Shown: one piece after another, positions 36,767-38,690 of the stretch
Position numbering within the stretch: position 1 is the stretch's first letter
How the letters are laid out: each line of letters begins with the position of its first letter
DNA from: Candidatus Hadarchaeota archaeon
GTDB taxonomy: Archaea; Hadarchaeota; Hadarchaeia; Hadarchaeales; Hadarchaeaceae
DNA: 38,690 nt
Assembly (NCBI GenBank): GCA_964446015.1
Contig: CAYUMT010000001.1
Coordinates: 1-38,690, forward strand
Direction: 5' to 3'
Notes under the pieces: model-generated
What the model saw: only the letters and a program-made list of their open reading frames with translations
Database searches by the model: none
Told to the model about the DNA's origin: nothing
Made by a program: the position numbers and the translations under genes

Positions 36767-37312
36767 TTATTTTCCAAAATTTTCTCCCTTGTCCATTATC
36801 TTTGAAATCTCATACAGGAATACTTCCTTACCATTGTCCACAGCACTCGCGTTCCAGCCGGAGAAAGGCCAGTGGTAGGAGACTACTCTCGCCCCGGGGC
36901 TCAGCTCACGCTGCAGCTTTTCTTTGAGCTTTGTATTGGACCCTCCGAACTGGAAGACCGTCACCACGGTAGCCTCGCTCAAATCCGCATCGAAAAAGTT
37001 CCCAAACTTCACCTTAACCCTATCACCGACACCCGCTCTCCTCACGTTCAAAAGCGACCAAAGATAGAGCAACGGGTTCACCTCTATCCCCACTGCCATA
37101 GCCCCGAACCCGCGGGCGGCTTCGACTAGTATCCTTCCAGTCCCACATCCTAGATCGTAGACGAGGTCATCCTTGCCCAATTTAGCCATCTCAAGCATCC
37201 TCCTAGCGGAACTCCTGGGGGTTGGTTGGAAAGGGACGCCTTTGAAGAGGAGAGGGAGCAAGTAAAGGAATAGAAAGATTATCGACAGTAAAAGAATGAC
37301 TACCCAAATCAT
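36767..37312 (-). CDS. Class I SAM-dependent methyltransferase with N-terminal TM anchor (FAM173-like)
   Basis: Hydrophobic N-terminus, GVPFQPT, DLGCGTGR, GIEVNP, KLQRELSPGARVVS and W...VFLY. Confidence 0.9.
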   Translation of the reverse strand: MIWVVILLLSIIFLFLYLLPLLFKGVPFQPTPRSSARRMLEMAKLGKDDLVYDLGCGTGRILVEAARGFGAMAVGIEVNPLLYLWSLLNVRRAGVGDRVKVKFGNFFDADLSEATVVTVFQFGGSNTKLKEKLQRELSPGARVVSYHWPFSGWNASAVDNGKEVFLYEISKIMDKGENFGK

Positions 37313-37494
37313 TATACCACTTTCAAATTTCGATATGGCCTCACACCATGTTAACTATTTAATGGAATTTAGATATTGAGGTCGATTGGTTTAGAAAATT
37401 GCCTTAATTCTAATCGGCTTTATAATTGAAAATGGTTGTTGTGGAGGTGTAAAATCATAAAAAATGAAATATACCGAAGAAGCAGGTTGGGGAT

Positions 37495-37578
37495 ATGGAC
37501 TCTAAAACCTTTTACAAAATTAGTTACGGACTATACGTCATTAGTTCGAAATTGGGCGACAAATTCAACGGCCAGATA
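37495..37578 (+). pseudogene. Truncated flavin reductase-like gene (N-terminus as in flavin reductase/rubredoxin fusions)
   Basis: MDSKTFYKISYGLYVISSKLGDKFNGQI with a GGGGA RBS. Homology ends after 28 codons and the frame stops at 37644, inside the convergent gene. Confidence 0.75.
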
Positions 37579-37617
37579 GGTCCTAGCTTACTACCTTTAT
37601 TTACAGACCAAACTGTC

Positions 37618-38690
37618 CTATTTTTTTGGGGGCGCACGCTTTAAAGTTGTATATTTTTCTACTAATTTTTTGTTATTAATCGAGTTCAACTTCTTAAATA
37701 AAAAATCGAATTTAGCTTCAATATCAGCTACTATAGCATTCTTTGTTACGCTAGGAAGTCCTAATATATCTTTTTTAAACGGACCGAGAGCATTTTTACG
37801 CGTTTTATAAAAAAACTGTTTTCCTGTTTGTCCCTCCTTTTTATCAGCGGCGAAATTGGTTTTTAGCCATTCATAAATTCTCGCTTTCAGATCTTCTGGG
37901 AAATACCTGTTCTCATAAATCATATTCTGGAATTCTGTGGCTAGATGCACTTCCGCTGTTTCGGTCTCGGGAAATTTATGGAATGCTTCAGCCGGCAAAG
38001 TGGATGCACCGTGTTGAACTGCGCCAGCTAGGCCGAATTCTTCCCTAGCGATCTTAGATAAGGTTTTCAAAGTATCAAAATCCAGTTTCACCTGCGCCAT
38101 GGCTCCGTCTGGTAAAACTACGCCGCCGTGATGGGTACCGGTTTGAACGCTTATTTTACTGATTCCAGCTTGGTCCTTGACTATTTTTTGGCATCCTCGC
38201 ATAAACGCTCGCAGTTCTCCTGGAGTTGAATTCTTTCCACCCACTTCCCCGATTTCACCCCCGATAGAAACTTCGATTCCATTTGGCTGATTCTGTCGGA
38301 TAAACCGTGTAAGCTTCGCGCAAACTTCATAATTGAGAAGCTGCTGTTCGCCCACGTCTGGCTTGGACAGATCCACCAATGTTGACGAATCGATGTCTAT
38401 GTTATAAAATCCGATATACATGGCTTCTGCAAATAGGGCTTTTAGAGCATCTATTTCTTTGTCAGGATTTTCCTGAAATCTTTTTGCATTGACCTGGCCA
38501 TGGTCAACCTGTATGAAGACGGGTCCACGGAAACCTTCTTTTATCGCGGCAGCCAGTACCTCGCCGGAATATTCCATTGGCGACTGATCAGTGTACTTCA
38601 TTTCCGACCTAGCAATTTCGAAGATAAATGCCCCGGAATTATTTTTCTTGGCCACCCTGAATATAGCGCGAGCTAAATCGTAGGTCATAC
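37618..38690 (-). CDS. Class II fructose-bisphosphate aldolase family protein (5' end outside the window)
   Basis: FEIARSE, FIQVDH, GGEIGEVGG, VQTGTHHGG, QHGASTLP and HLATEFQN. Confidence 0.9.
   Translation of the reverse strand, partial: MTYDLARAIFRVAKKNNSGAFIFEIARSEMKYTDQSPMEYSGEVLAAAIKEGFRGPVFIQVDHGQVNAKRFQENPDKEIDALKALFAEAMYIGFYNIDIDSSTLVDLSKPDVGEQQLLNYEVCAKLTRFIRQNQPNGIEVSIGGEIGEVGGKNSTPGELRAFMRGCQKIVKDQAGISKISVQTGTHHGGVVLPDGAMAQVKLDFDTLKTLSKIAREEFGLAGAVQHGASTLPAEAFHKFPETETAEVHLATEFQNMIYENRYFPEDLKARIYEWLKTNFAADKKEGQTGKQFFYKTRKNALGPFKKDILGLPSVTKNAIVADIEAKFDFLFKKLNSINNKKLVEKYTTLKRAPPKK

Noticed and set aside
1-38690. CRISPR array, rRNA, IS transposase or reverse transcriptase
   Set aside because: No regularly spaced repeats or diagnostic motifs were seen on either strand by eye.

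Overview
Archaeal chromosomal window; the gene content and Methanobacteriales/Thermococcales-like gene order suggest a euryarchaeal-type lineage such as Hadarchaeota (inference). Positions ~1-7160 are a decayed accessory/integrated island. It holds an orphan 836-aa membrane protein, an N-terminally amputated tyrosine integrase, an ATP-cone/winged-helix protein, a frameshifted PD-(D/E)xK-like pseudogene, a stand-alone DnaJ-type Zn finger and a TIR+Zn-ribbon protein. The island is bounded by a ~160-nt structured element that begins like tRNA-Pro but is not a complete tRNA. Positions 7205-34167 are core genome: cdc6, a CBS gene plus two cation/H+ antiporter paralogues sharing a 320-bp identical tract, archaemetzincin, an ATP-NAD kinase family gene, pheST, spt4/rpoE1, a membrane PPase in the usual slot of soluble ppa, the translation cluster (PIN, aIF2g, S6e, aIF5B, ndk, L24e, S28e, L7Ae with a K-turn leader) and the eno-rps2-MEMO1-ipk-fni-rnj-idsA-gltX operon without mvk. 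The right end holds an acetylene-hydratase-like Mo/W enzyme, a FAM173-like methyltransferase, a truncated flavin reductase and a partial class II aldolase. No CRISPR array, rRNA or complete tRNA was seen.
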